A stretch of 64,000 nucleotides of DNA from Bigelowiella natans CCMP2755 (taxonomy: Eukaryota > Protista > Cercozoa): assembly GCA_000320545.1 (NCBI GenBank), contig ADNK01002607.1:124001-188000 (forward strand), in the 5' to 3' direction. Shown in pieces: positions 1-13,964 of this stretch; the first letter of the stretch is position 1; each line of letters starts with the position of its first letter. The notes beneath the pieces are model-generated. The model was given only the letters and a program-made list of their open reading frames with translations, was not told where the DNA came from and did no database searches. Both the position numbers and the translations under genes were made by a program.

Positions 1-1805
1 AGAGAAGACGCAGGAAGCGATGGGTAAACGCGTAACTAAAAAGATGATGTCTGCCCGCCCAACGCACATTGGCGAACAGGAAAAGAACGAACCCGTGTTC
101 ATTCGCTACACTCCTAGCCAAGCTCAAGCAGACGCACAGCACAATTCGGGAGCTCGTCAACGTATCATCAAGCTGCAAGAAATGCCAAAGGACCCCCTCG
201 AGCCCCCAAAATTTCGTCACAAGAAACTCCCTGCACGTCCTCCTTCTCCTCCTGTACCGGTGATGCACTCCCCACCACGGAAGATTACACAGGAGGATCA
301 AGCCAACTGGAAAATCCCCCCATGCATCTCCAATTGGAAAAACATTAAAGGTTACACAATCCCTCTTGATAAGCGTCTCGCAGCGGATGGACGTGGGCTG
401 AATGAGGTTCAGATTAACGATAAGTTTGCAACACTCTCCGAAGCTCTGTACATCGCAGAGCGAAACGCCCGACAAGAGATTCACGTAAGGGCAACAATGA
501 TGAAGACTATGGCGCAACAGAAGAAGGCCCAGAAAGAGGAAGAATATCGTAAGCTCGCTATGAAAGCACGTGAGCAGACTCTTTCCCGTGCTGAACCTGA
601 AGAAGAGGATGAAATTGAAGCCAGAGAGGCACGCGACAAGCTCAGGAGAGAACGTCGTAGGGAGATTAAGAGAGATTTGCGTATAGAGAACGCTCGTATG
701 GGTAAAGATACAAAGGCAAAGAAGTCAGGAACGCGCTCTGGATTTGGAAGAGATGGCGACCGTGATATCAGCGAGAAAATTGCTCTCGGCCAGAATGTTG
801 GGCAATCTCGAGATTCAATGTTTGATCAGCGGTTGTTCAATCAAGATGCAGGCATGTCGTCAGGATTTGGAGCTGAAGATGATTACAATGTAAGTCAGTT
901 AAAGAAGAACACTTCTTCGACAGCATGTCATTGATTAGCAGCGATACCAGTTGGCTTGATCATCTGTTTGCGATTGAAAATTGTCCGAAAGCAGACTTCT
1001 AGTTGACTGATTGACCGACTAACCAATCCCTCCCTCCGCGCTTATTGCAGATTTACTCGAAGGCGCTAATGAAGGGATCGAGCGCGAATCAACTGTATAG
1101 GCCCCCAAAAGACCTACAAGAAGAAGTCAATGCAGATCGAAATATGAAGAGCATCCTTGAGTCTGGGACATCCAAGTTTAGACCTGTGAGTAAGCCATTA
1201 GAGAAGTCGTGCCTGCTTGCCGTAGCTTATTAGTCGCTCGGTTGTTGATTCTGAGCATACCTTACCTTACCTCTTTATATTACCAACAATCTCCACCACT
1301 CACCGCCTACCTCCTTCCTATAGGATCGCGGATTTAAAGGAGCAGAGGACCAAGTTGCTTCTAGTGCAAGGGCCAAGCCTGTAGAATTTGAAAAGCAACA
1401 GTCAGAGGATCCTTACGGGCTGGGGCAATTTATGAGCGAGGCAGGAAAAAAGAAGAAAGTGTGTACATCTAAACCTTAACCCTAAACCTTAACCGTTCAC
1501 TCACTGTCTATAATAACCAGATATACTCATCAATTTAAAATTTGTAGAACGCGTTGGATTCAATCGGGAAACAAGGCTTTATGAAAGCCAGCGGAGGTTC
1601 ATCCTCGAGGGACAAGGACGACTATGGGGGGGTTCACCCTGATCGTATGCGAAACATGAAATTTAAGGAAGGGTCATCCAGCTCAAGTTCAAGAAAGCGA
1701 GAAAGAGGTGATGATGACAGACGAGATAGAGACCGCGATCGTAGGCGTAGGCGTGATGATGACGATGACGATAGAGATCGAAGGGATCGTCGCCGAAGAC
1801 GATGA
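1..1805 (+). CDS. SNW1: SNW domain-containing splicing factor SKIIP/Prp45 (5' end lies upstream of the window)
   Basis: Motifs FIRYTP, DPLEPPKFRHKK, PPSPPVPVMHSPPRK, WKIPPCISNWKN, RDISEKIALG, FDQRLFNQ. Phase-0 GT-AG introns at 890-1050, 1186-1323 and 1459-1547 join the ORF pieces. The RD-rich tail ends at TGA 1805. Confidence 0.95.
1469..1494. repeat. Telomere-like 13-bp tandem (CTAAACCTTAACC)x2 in SNW1 intron
   Basis: Read directly; made of CCCTAA/CCTAAA/CCTTAA variants. Confidence 0.5.
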
Positions 1806-1809
1806 CAGA

Positions 1810-2720
1810 TGCGTTAATGTCTAGATGTTTTCAATGCGCTCAATTCACAGCACACGAGCTGCAAAGTTGCACGTTCAATGACCCAAGCAAATCGTGGAAA
1901 TTGTGTTCGTGAATGTTGCACATGTGCTGTGCGTGAAGCACAGTCTAGACACTACAGGATGCAAATCATGGCGTCGCTTGGCATGTTGGCATGCTGCTGT
2001 GAGCGGCATGTCGGCATTGTCCACAGCTTCAAGTGTGCATTTGCACTGTTGGTGTGACCGCTAGCAATTTCAACACGCTAGCACGCTGTGAAGTCACCCA
2101 TCTAGCCATCCGTCTAGCCATGCGCACTAGCTGGCGCTAGTGCACTAGGCTAGCTAGGCCATATTGGCATGTATGTCGTGTCATCGACAGATAAGACGGA
2201 TGCGCGCAATTGGTGATGAGCTATAGAGCACTAGCAAGCTAGAGCAAATCACACATTTTTTTCAATGATCATCCGTGAGAACATGCGCGATGCGTCCTCA
2301 AGCGGCGCCACGGGGAATCCCAAGCTGGCCATCTCTAGATCTGAAGCAACACTAGAACAGCCACACCGCTAGCTAGCTAGACCGCGCTAGCGCGCAAATT
2401 GTGTCCATTCGTTTTTGTCGCGTGATGTCCTTCATGCATGCTGGCATGATCGAAGCCGACAGTGTCGACATGTGCACATCATCATCATATAATCACTAGC
2501 TAGCTAGATCAATGCAATGGACACAGTGTGCTTGCGTACATCGGTGTCTACCACTAGACTAGTCCATGAGACGAGTCGCAATGATAAATTTGAATTTTGT
2601 CAATGCTAGAATGGTCAGCCTCATCTAATGCACTAGTGTGGCTAAGCACAGCGCTCAAAATGCACACATTCATTTCTGTTGTGATCTCTTTAATGCATGC
2701 ATGAAAGAGCGGGGAGGTGT
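1810..2720. other. TpA-depleted, CTAG/CATG/TGCA-rich intergenic tract between convergent 3' ends
   Basis: Most surviving TA sites are in CTAG (e.g. gctagctagctag). TG/CA is in excess and CG is retained. Confidence 0.75.
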
Positions 2721-2921
2721 GTGCGTCGTGCTGCACGAGCGCTGCTGCACGCTTTGTTTCTGTTCCCTTGATAGTCGCTTGGTTTCGTCGTCTCTCTCCA
2801 TAATGTGGCAGTCAATTGATTGCCGAATAATAGATATCATCCGAGTCTTGTTTGTTGGCTATGTTAGTCAATCTAATATTGACAATATATACAGCATTCA
2901 ATAAGTCTTCTACGAGTTGCA

Positions 2922-4610
2922 TCATTTTGCAGCTGCTGTCTGTTGTTCCTCGCTATACCTTTCGCCCTCCTCCTTAGTATTTTTCGCTTTTTTCACTCTC
3001 AAGCAGTGCGCGAAGAGGAAGCTCATGCTTGCAGGTGTGATACCGCTAATTTTATTAGCCTCCCCAATAGTCTTCGGCCGAATTTTAGTCAATTTTTCTA
3101 CCTCCTCACTCGAAAACCAACTCATTTCACCATAGTCAATGTCCTTCGGTATACGCAAATCCCGTTGTTCGCGCATACGCAACACCTGTGTCTTTTGCCT
3201 TTCCGTATATAGCGAGTAGAGGCACTCGACCTCGATTGCAAACCGAGTCGATTCGTGAACCTCTAGCATTTTTTGTGCCCCAGCTACAGCTTCTGCAATT
3301 GCAATACCATCGCCAGCATCGCTGTTTTTAGCCATTGCTACTGTCGGAGTCCCATCAATATTAGTTTTCGTAGCTGTGAGAGCCTCTAAGATGGTTTTGA
3401 GGCCAATCTTGGACTGAACCAGGTCAGATACACTTCGCTGTCGAGCATCTTCTCTGAAGCCCTCAAGTCCCATACGGTGCCATGCGTACCCAGAGAAAGA
3501 GGTGGATGTAGCGAAATGCATGCCTTCTTCGAAGGCTTTAAGAGACTTTTGGAATGCGCGCTCCCTATGGCTGCCAACAACGCCAGCGTCTATGCCTTTG
3601 GGCGTGAGCCTTCGGTCTGCATTCTCGGAGCGAAGGGAGAGGCGATATTCGCTTCGTGATGTAAACATACGGTAAGGTTCACTGGCGCCCTTAGTCGTCA
3701 GGTCGTCAATCAGTACACCGATGTATCCATCAGCCCTATCCAAGACAAACCCTCCCTCTCCCCTTTCATTACCCGCAGCTGCAGCATTAGCAGCCAAAGC
3801 GGCATTTATACCGGCCATGATCCCCTGCGCTGCTGCCTCTTCGTAGCCAGTGGTACCATTGATTTGGCCTGCGAGGAAGAGCCCAAGTACGGATCTGAGA
3901 CGGAGTGTGGGGAGTAGTTGCCTAGGATCTACGAAATCATATTCAACAGCGTAGCCAGGTTGATCGAGCACGGCATCCTCAAGGCCCGGAATCGTGCGCA
4001 CAAGGAGTTCCTGAATTTCTGGTGGAAAACCGTTATTTAGACCGTTGGGGTATATTAGGTCACTTGTGAAACCCTCTGGTTCCAACCAAACTAAGTGACG
4101 CAATCTGTCCGGAAACCGCCTCACTTTGTTCTCGATCGAGGGGCAGTAGCGTGGGCCTTTCACGCCTTCCTGGAACGTTGGAAGAAGATGCATGTGCTGC
4201 TGTACCATCTCGTGAGTGCGTTCGTTTGAGTAGGTGAAGTGCGTGGGGAGCTGTCTGCCCTTGACCTCTTCGCCGATGCCCCTCTCAGCGTTAAGGTAAG
4301 AGAAGGGGATTGGGGGATTATCACCATGAGAGGTTTGCACCTCTGTATGGTTGAAGTTAACGCTGTCTTTCTTCAACCGTGGTGGCGTACCAGTAATGAG
4401 GCGACCAAGAGGAAGCGCCAGTTTGTTCATTAAAGTGTCTGAGAGCCCGAAAGCAGCGCCGTCCCCCCTACGCCCTCCAATTTGCCGAACATGCGGACCG
4501 ATCAATATCTGTCCGCGTAGAAACGTACCACTTGCAATCACAACTTGGCCAGCTTTCAAGCATCTTCCGTCTTCAAGAATCACTCCGGTTACACGGTGGC
4601 TAACATGGGG

Positions 4611-4647
<37 letters not shown>

Positions 4648-5204
4648 ACTGATGGAAGCACTCCTTCTGGTATCGTCGTATTTTCCACCATGAGGTCATC
4701 CACACCCGCCTCCACCAGTGTCAGGTTTTCTTGCCCCTGAAGTTCTTCAAACATGTGTTTCCTGTAGAGTTCGCGATCTGCCTGTGCACGGGGTCCATGG
4801 ACAGCTGGGCCCTTAGATTTGTTCAATACTCGAAACTGCACACCGCTACGGTCGATCACACGCCCCATAAGCCCATCCAATGCATCCAGCTCCCGGACAA
4901 GATTACCCTTACCCACGCCTCCAATCGAGGGATTACACGACATAACGCCAATCGTAGATAATTTATGAGTTACAAGGGCCGTCTTGGCACCCATTCGAGC
5001 TGCAGCTGCTGCGGCCTCACACCCTGCATGCCCTCCGCCTACAACCACCACATCGCTCCATTCAGGAATCCTCGAAGAAGACAAGCACCGTTTGCCTGCA
5101 CGATGAATAAACGTTCCTGTAGGCCCGCAACCATGGTAGGCAGGGGGGCGTCGTCGCCGAGATAGGACACTGCTACTTGTAGGACGCCATCGCAGCATCG
5201 ACAT
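2922..5204 (-). CDS. MTO1: tRNA uridine 5-carboxymethylaminomethyl modification enzyme MnmG/GidA (mitochondrial MTO1), intronless
   Basis: [77 protein letters not shown]. First ATG is at 5204 (the ORF track starts at an upstream TTG). The N-terminus is Arg/Ser-rich and presequence-like. A (TCA)n tract encodes a poly-Ser insert. Confidence 0.95.
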
Positions 5205-5446
5205 TCGGAGGAGTTGTGCAGTCCCGCAAGCAAGCAAGCACGCTGCTGCTCCTCGTCCTCCAAATAACCAATCAATTCCTCACTTTCTTCGAGTAGTAGA
5301 TTGTTCGTTTGTCACATTATTACTGTAAGCGAGTTTGCTTGTAGTTTTTCCCTCGGATATTTCATGGAATATTTTTATTCTAAACTGCTGCCCAATCCTT
5401 TTTACGCAAGGGCGATCGGAGCATGACAAACACCCGAAATCATCAG

Positions 5447-5478
<32 letters not shown>

Positions 5479-5651
5479 ACACTGTGCGGAAAAAGAAGAT
5501 AATTTAATATGTGCGACAATTTACTTAGTTGTCGTACTCAAAATATCTCCTTTTTAAGGGGAACGGCCGATTCCTCAAAACCTTGCCAGTTGCCCCTCTC
5601 CTTGATCCATAGAAACCTAACACTGTTCAGCTCTTTCTCCGTTTACACATA

Positions 5652-7439
5652 ATGGCTAGTGCGAAACAAGCATCGAGGAGACTCTTAGATGCTTTGAGGA
5701 ATAATCCAGGGTAGTATAAACCTCGATATACCACTGACGTTGGGGGAAGATCGCTCAACGAGCACGCAAAATGAAAGATTGATCCTCCCTCTGCCACTAT
5801 TACATTCTGCGGTTCATACCATTGTCAAAACAGGAGTTCTAGTAAAGTGTATAAAGCTGTGAACAATGCTATTCAATACCATTTCGAAGGTGCGTGTAGA
5901 ACAAGGTAGTAGCGACATCGCAGATGATGATGATGATGATAGTGTTCAAAACACAGGCGGGCCTCAAGTAAGCATAGAGGATGCAGTGTATATGCTGAAA
6001 ACAAGAGACCCCAACGAGGTAGCATGTGAAGAAAATTTAATACAAATATTAACACCTGTAATGGAATTGAGGAAGGACCGAAGGAAGACGAAGAGGGAGA
6101 GTAATGAAGTTAAAATAAGTATGCTAGTCTGATACTAAACAAGGAGCATAGGCGTATGGCAAATGCCTTCACGAGTAAACCTCCTGAATTAATGGACGCC
6201 CCATTTACATTTTTTCCACGTAGATTGCCTTGATCGGTTTGGCTGCTGATGCTGTGCGGGAGGAGCATGTTGGGGACAGAGTGGGCTATGCTATCAATCG
6301 AAACATTAACTTCACCAATTCGTGCGTCAAGAGATGCGGGTAGCAGTTGTAGTAGTAATAAGGACTATGGGGTACATCTACGACTTTAGAGGAAGAATAA
6401 TGTGTGTAGTTCTGAGGCGTCAATGAATTTCTGCTTCTCTCTCCATCTCTCTTTCTCTCTGTCCCTCTTTCTCTAATATTATATAATACCTTACACATGT
6501 GTTTGTACGTATTTAGATTCTGTGCTTTTTCTCGCACTGGAGTTGACTCCGAAGCATACTTCTTGCCGAAGGAAGAGGTATATGTAGTCTAGAAGAAGAA
6601 AGCAAGAGAGAGAACGTGAAAGAGCAAGCTGTAGATATGTGGTACAAGGAAACAGGGAGAACAAACAATCGAAATGATGATATGCCCCCTACACTGGAAT
6701 ATTTCCTTTGTCGTGATTGGTTTTCTCTCATCTAACCTATGTGTCAGGTTGTGCGCCGTGCAGAAGAAGCTGTATCCTTTGGAGCTACGGAGGTGATGGA
6801 GATTCTACCAATTTTCCTTCTCTATTCCTCATCCGCCTCATCATCAGCAGCGGCATCCATTTTTTTCCGACTAGCAGCACAAGTGATACAACTCTTCTCA
6901 AAACCTGAGAGTGGCCCTCCTCTCACACACTCACTAATTCACTCATTTACCCTCTATGCTCCTCTTCTACTTTTCTGCGTGCATAGATATGTGTGCAAGC
7001 TGGGCTTCCTCCTAACATGAAACCGAACCTATATACCGATATTGCATCCACTATTAAAGCAAAGGTGGCAAAAAACACTGTTGGTCCTTGCCTATGTGCA
7101 AGTTCTCTAGCTAGAGTGTGTACTGTGTGAAACTATAAGTAGTAGGTCATGTCGAAGAAAGGAGGGAGATCTATCGTAAATATAATATATATATAATATA
7201 AACTAATTATTCAATATATATGTATGTGTGTGTGTGTCCTATTGAAATTTTGGGTAGCAGAAGCACAATTATTTGTTGATTGGCAATGTTCATGAAGAAC
7301 GCCAGCAGCAGCGTAGTATGTCACTTCTACTACTATGAAAGAACAATTTAGTTTTACTAAATTTTCCTTTCATTTCTCGTGGTTAGATGATAATGATAAT
7401 GAAGATGATGATGGTGATGATGGTGATATCTCATTGTCG

Positions 7440-7477
<38 letters not shown>

Positions 7478-7986
7478 TTATTTTTATACAAACCCTCATC
7501 CAGCTACCAGAAGTGCATCTCCATGCTTTCTCTCCCGAAGAGGTAATAAGAGCACGATGGAATAGACAGGCTAGGCTGAATGCTGTTTGTTACGAAATGA
7601 CGACGATGATAGTGATACATGCGACGATAAATGGTCTACTGAAAATAAAAGATGTATTGTTATCTTTCTTCTAGGTTTTGTATGGCGCTAGTAGATCAAA
7701 ACGATCTGCTCGAGAGATGTTGCTCGCACTCAAAGAGGTAAAGAAGAATACTACTGCAGATATATGTAGGGGTATATATCGTATTGTATGGTACCGTTGC
7801 CAACATATGCTTTCTTACTCCTTCTTCTGAGGTCATCATCATCATCATCATCCTCATCATCATCATCACCATCATCATCATCACCACCATTGTCGTTCTT
7901 ATTTATTGACATCAGAGCGGTGTGGATACGATTCCAGGGACTAGTGCAGAGATCCTCGATGATGGTGATAGGAGAAGAAGAAGAAG

Positions 7987-8030
<44 letters not shown>

Positions 8031-8317
8031 GGGGAGTCAATGGAGTTTCTCAAGGGAGGATGGAAGCTATACGCGCTGGTTTATTCTTTATCCTCATGAA
8101 CATTTCAACGCACACCGTAGGTATCAGAGCAAAAATTGCGGGACAACGACTCTCCACAGAGGTAATGGGTACTTGCGTGAACGAAGTACTCCCAATTCGG
8201 CGATTTCTCTCGGAACATTCCAATGAGAAGTATAGGACACCATGATTTGATGATGTGACTACTACAGCTGAATTACTCTTGTGCAGCAAGCACATGCCTA
8301 TGATCAGGATGATAATA

Positions 8318-8350
<33 letters not shown>

Positions 8351-8980
8351 ATGATACATACCAACAATTGGTGATAGAGATGGTATATTCGAAGGAGTGG
8401 ATATCTGTCGTTACAACAGCTCATGAGGTCGGACTAAGGAGCTCTTCTACTATCATGTAAAAATGCATCGCTTGAATATCTGTAAGCAGCATCAAACAGC
8501 GATTGATATGTGTGTGTGTGTGTGTATGTGTGTAATTAGGTATGGACACATAGAGACTGCAGAGCACATTGCTAAGCACATTGACATTCTCCGGCAAATT
8601 CAGGTGGGACATCGTTTCTTCTTATTCTTATTATCAACAATAACAATTGTAACAATAATGGTATTACGAGTTATCGATGTGACCTACTGCTGTCATTTTT
8701 AACGACGCCAAAAACCACTGTAATGTATGCCACCACGCGTCTATTTGTCTTTATTCATTCATTGATTAATTGCCAAATGAAAAAGAGGAAAACAGGAGGT
8801 TTCACGGAATTTGTCCCTTTGTCTTTCGTTGCAAGCGATGCACCCATGTATGGTAATATATCTGCCCTTGGCGTATCTTCTCGTTGTTCTGAACGGACGA
8901 TAACCATGGACAACTACGAATTTCTGACTGATTAGAATCACAGAATAATACATTGTGCATACCATTTATTAACTTTTTGT

Positions 8981-9020
<40 letters not shown>

Positions 9021-9042
9021 ATTACATATGATTTTTGCTCAA

Positions 9043-9089
<47 letters not shown>

Positions 9090-9462
9090 CCAAAAAAAAC
9101 ATCCTAAATATGCGGGGAGGACCGTCGGGAGCAGAAGTGCTGCTTATGCACAGGTTAATGTGTACTAATAGGAATCATAATAGTATATTTTACTACTACT
9201 ACTACTAATAATAATAATAAGCATTGTAGTAATAGTAGTAGTAGAGTAGTAGTGGTAATGATAGTAGTGCTGATAATGCAAAGGTGAGGACGGATCATTC
9301 ATGCATTACGATTCTTCAATATAAATAATTGTCATGACACCATTACAAGGAGGAGCTCTATATCTGTTGTGTGTGTGTGTGTGTGTGTGTGCTGTCTTCT
9401 TCTATCCGTAGTGTTGCACGATTGATGCTCTCCGGAGATATCAACAACTTACAGTGCTCGTG

Positions 9463-9496
<34 letters not shown>

Positions 9497-9663
9497 CAGT
9501 AGCAGCAGTGAATGCTGCAATTGTTGTAGTTGTCATTGTAGCTATGGAACCATTGCTATATTGGATCGAAGTAGAAGTAATGATGCAGTAGTTTCTCAGG
9601 GGGAAATGAGAGAAAGGAGGGAGGGGGGAGGAAAGGAGTGTCGGTGAGGGAGAGAGAAAAAGA

Positions 9664-9700
<37 letters not shown>

Positions 9701-10288
9701 CATTAAATACAGAGGACATAGAGGAGAACACATCCTGCTCCAAGATGCTACCTGAAATGTGTTAAAAACTACTACTACTACTACTACTACTACTACTGCT
9801 GCTACTACTACTGCTGCTGCTACTACTACTGCTACTACTACTACTACTACTAAAAAGGCCAAAGGAGGGCATGAGAATGGCTCAGATATTGCTCGGTCAC
9901 GGAGTAAACGACCTAGGAGGTCGCTGCTAATCAGCCTACTATAATAATAGTGTCAGCGCATATGCATGATACACATCCATTCCTGGTAGTGTTTATCGAA
10001 TGACGTGGATTCTCATCATCATTATATCATCCTCCTCCACGTGTCATTAGGCACTCTCATGAATGAGTCCATATCAACCGCTGCAGGTACCTACTACCAC
10101 TTACTACACACACACAAACCTTAACTATATGTAGAATATATATATATATATATATATATAGGAGCACAGCATGGACAATTAGCCCGCCCCCGAGAGCTAA
10201 GAGCACTTGCAACTGAAGTAATGCTGCTCAAACACATATAAACATATGACTAAATATAGAGTGTTTGATGTTCATCTTCATCAAGATT

Positions 10289-10330
<42 letters not shown>

Positions 10331-10502
10331 CCCCCCTCAAAGATCTCCCATGATTTAATCAATCGTTGGAACATCAATAGTAGCATCAGCATGCTGAGAG
10401 AGTAGTTAACAGGTAGGACGAAAGCCATACCAAAGAAGCACAGTGTACGAAATCATTCGAGAAGACTTCAAAGGAATGGTACATATCAAGATAACTAATG
10501 AC

Positions 10503-10548
<46 letters not shown>

Positions 10549-11430
10549 GGAGGAGGAGGAAGAGGGGGATAGAAGCAAAGCGTCATCATTCATATGTTTA
10601 TAAACACAGCCTATTGATGAAGAGAATTAGCACCGACCCTAAGACAACATAGACACATTAAACAGCACACGAAGAAGAAGAAGAAGAAGAAGAAGAAGAA
10701 GAAGAAGATAATGATGATGAAGAAGAAGAGGGAAAAAAATATGTATATATAGACGACAAAGACGATGATGCTTTTCTCACATATCATGTTGTGTTTATAC
10801 AACTCTGTTGTCCCTTGCGTGATAATGCTATTATCGTAAAGATGGAGGAGGACTCAGCAGAGAAATGCCTAGGTAGCAGTGGCAAAATTGCGTTCAAAAT
10901 GAGTTGTTTATGAATATATTAAAAGGACAATATCGTCTTTTTGCGGTATCCTCCCCCTCCCTTTTCCAGAGAATGCTGATTTCGGCTCTTATCATCAACT
11001 CATACGTGACAAAACTAAGTGGAGAGCGAAGAGTGTTTTAGCCAAGGGGGGAGGAGGAGGAGGAGGAGGAGGAGGAGGCACGAGGAATAAAAAGGAAGCA
11101 CAGAGAGCAGCAGCAGCAGGAGCAGCTCATCACACAGAACGTCGGATGTTTTCGTCTTCTCGCACGATGATAGCACCAGATGCAGCAAGACGAATTCAGA
11201 GCCGCTCATTTAGAAGCTATGCTGCTTCGTTGCATGCTGCTACTACTGCACCTTTACAGTTTTACAGAGGGAGAGAAAGAGGAGGAGGAGGACGAGGAGG
11301 GGGGGGGGGGGGGGAGGAGTTCAGGAGAACAATGACGAAGATGAAAGCCATTAGTAGCATTAATAGGAGGAGACGAATAAGCACAAGAGCAGCAGGAACA
11401 AAAAAGCAAGAAGACAATGTATAATTAAAT

Positions 11431-11471
<41 letters not shown>

Positions 11472-11652
11472 CACTGCACCTTTGATATCTGTGCTCACCC
11501 TGACACTACTATGTTCTTTTCCATCTTCTTTATTTGTTATATATGTCTATACATATTGATTAGGTCGTGGTGACTTATTCGTCATCTCACACGATTGTTC
11601 CTACATACGAATGCTTTAATAAGTACTACCAATCTTAGCACCACCATCACTG

Positions 11653-11684
<32 letters not shown>

Positions 11685-11977
11685 GCTACTGCGAGTACTA
11701 CCGCTGCTGCTGTGACTACATTGCTGTCTCCATGTTCCTACCTATTACTCATCAAGGGAGGTGGAGGGGAGAAGGAGGAAACAGGGGGGGTGGGGATGAT
11801 TCTAGGCGAAAGGAAGAACAATAATTTAACAACTAGAAGCCATTCTCAACCAAATAATATTCCTTTTCTATATTGCTGTGCTTTTCTCTCTCTTATTTCT
11901 CTTCCTCCTTTTTCTCTCTCTCCTCTTTCTCTCTCTAACTCCCTTTCCATCTCTCTCTCTCCATCTCTCTCTCTCTT

Positions 11978-12016
<39 letters not shown>

Positions 12017-12504
12017 ATCCTCTATCAATGTTTATCTTGCTTCCTCGATTCTTCTTCTTGTTCTTCTTCTTCTTCTTCTTCTTTTCCCGTCCTCGTTGAC
12101 TGGTAGATGTCTCTATTGCAACTTCAGAACAAACATAGGTACTGCGGTACGATACAGTAGGAGTAAATAAATCGTCAATCAACACAACAACACACGTGCA
12201 ATTTATGCCACAATCTCGATTCTCTCTTCCATCATCTGTTTATTATTATTTTTTTTCATATTTATTTTTATTTTATCATTATTCAGGTGCCTCAGGCTGG
12301 ATGTCTCTAGATAGAGTAGAATCAATATTCTCTGATTTGAAACTCAAGATCGCGGTAAAATGAAGCTCCTCGCAACAGAAATGAGATACATCAATAGCCT
12401 TTTTTTTTTAAATTACTACTTCAGTATACACAGAATACGTGCGTGCATGCTTCAAGATCGAGGGAATATTCAATTATTTTACATCATCCCATACACTATG
12501 GCTA

Positions 12505-12536
<32 letters not shown>

Positions 12537-13076
12537 CTTCTTCTAGGGTGATAATGACGACGACGATAATGATGATGATGATGATGATAATGATGGAGTT
12601 TTGGTTGTTGGTAGAAGTGATGATTGAAGTACGTTATTGATATGATCGATGATGTAGGAGGACGAAGGACATTATGAACCATTGGAGATCTTAATCCTGT
12701 CGGGTGAGGTACATCCAAAAGCCAAGAATCGCTCCAAATGGCATCGGTACTACTATTTACTGCAGTTACTGTTCATGCCGTGTTATCTCCTCCTCCTCCC
12801 CCTCCCCCTCCCCCTCCTCCTCCTTGTTGCTGTTGTTGTTGTTGGTGTTGTCGTTGATGTTATTGCCATCGCGATTATCCTAATCATCATTACCCGTAGG
12901 CATATTGTGGACATCTGCAAGTTGGCTATTGACTACGGGTTCTTTTCTTCCTAGTTCCACACTGCTACCATCGTCTAGCTGCTTGCTTGTACCGCTAAAT
13001 GTTTCTGGAAAATAGATATTCACTCTCCTACTATATCTTATTTTCCCTATCATTCTATTTATCTATTTACTTATTC

Positions 13077-13138
<62 letters not shown>

Positions 13139-13888
13139 GCTCCCTTGTGTTGGTGTGTGTGCATGTGGATGTGTATGCAAATGAAAAAAAATCAACTAAC
13201 ACAGTTTTTGATGTGTTACGCAAATGAAAAATATATCAACCAACACAGTTTTTTCCCGCACACCAACGTCGGGCCTCTGTCTCGCACTGAAATGTTAAGT
13301 CTAAAAAAGGTGCTATAGAAATAAATAAAAAGCAACTTCAGGGAGTGAGGGGGAGGGAGATAGGATCATGGACATGTTATATCGAAAACTCTAGAAGAGT
13401 TGTAAAGAACAATCCTCGGACTCAGTTTGTGTCAATTAATCCTGATAGGTAAATGCTTCTATGGGGCTAATGCTGGAGCAAGTCACCCCGAAATTGATGC
13501 AAAACGTGCACAGATTCGCACCCTCAAAGGTCATCCATTCATCAACGCAATGTGTCTTACGAAAGAAGGCCATGCACCCTTCAATGTAATGTACGAAAAG
13601 AAGAAGAAGACGAATAAGAATATACAATTTGTGCACTGTTACAAGCTCAGACCGTCAGTCGTAACTATTATTGATTCGGAAGATATAAAGAGATTATTGT
13701 TCTCGCCATCCTTCATTCATTAGGCTCCGACCTTACGCCTCGAGCAGCTCAGAATGGCCGGCGAACTAGGTAAGGAGGGATAGTAGCGCGAGTAACGGGA
13801 TCTGGCAACGAAGGGAAAGGAGTTGTAGTATGTGAGTGATGGATTAAAGAGAGGTGATGAGAATGATGGATGACGGGAGATAAATTAT

Positions 13889-13964
<76 letters not shown>

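Noticed and set aside
7335-13184. Many ORFs with poly-M/I/S/L/ER/CV runs
   Set aside because: They are translations of intronic microsatellites inside the FO synthase gene.
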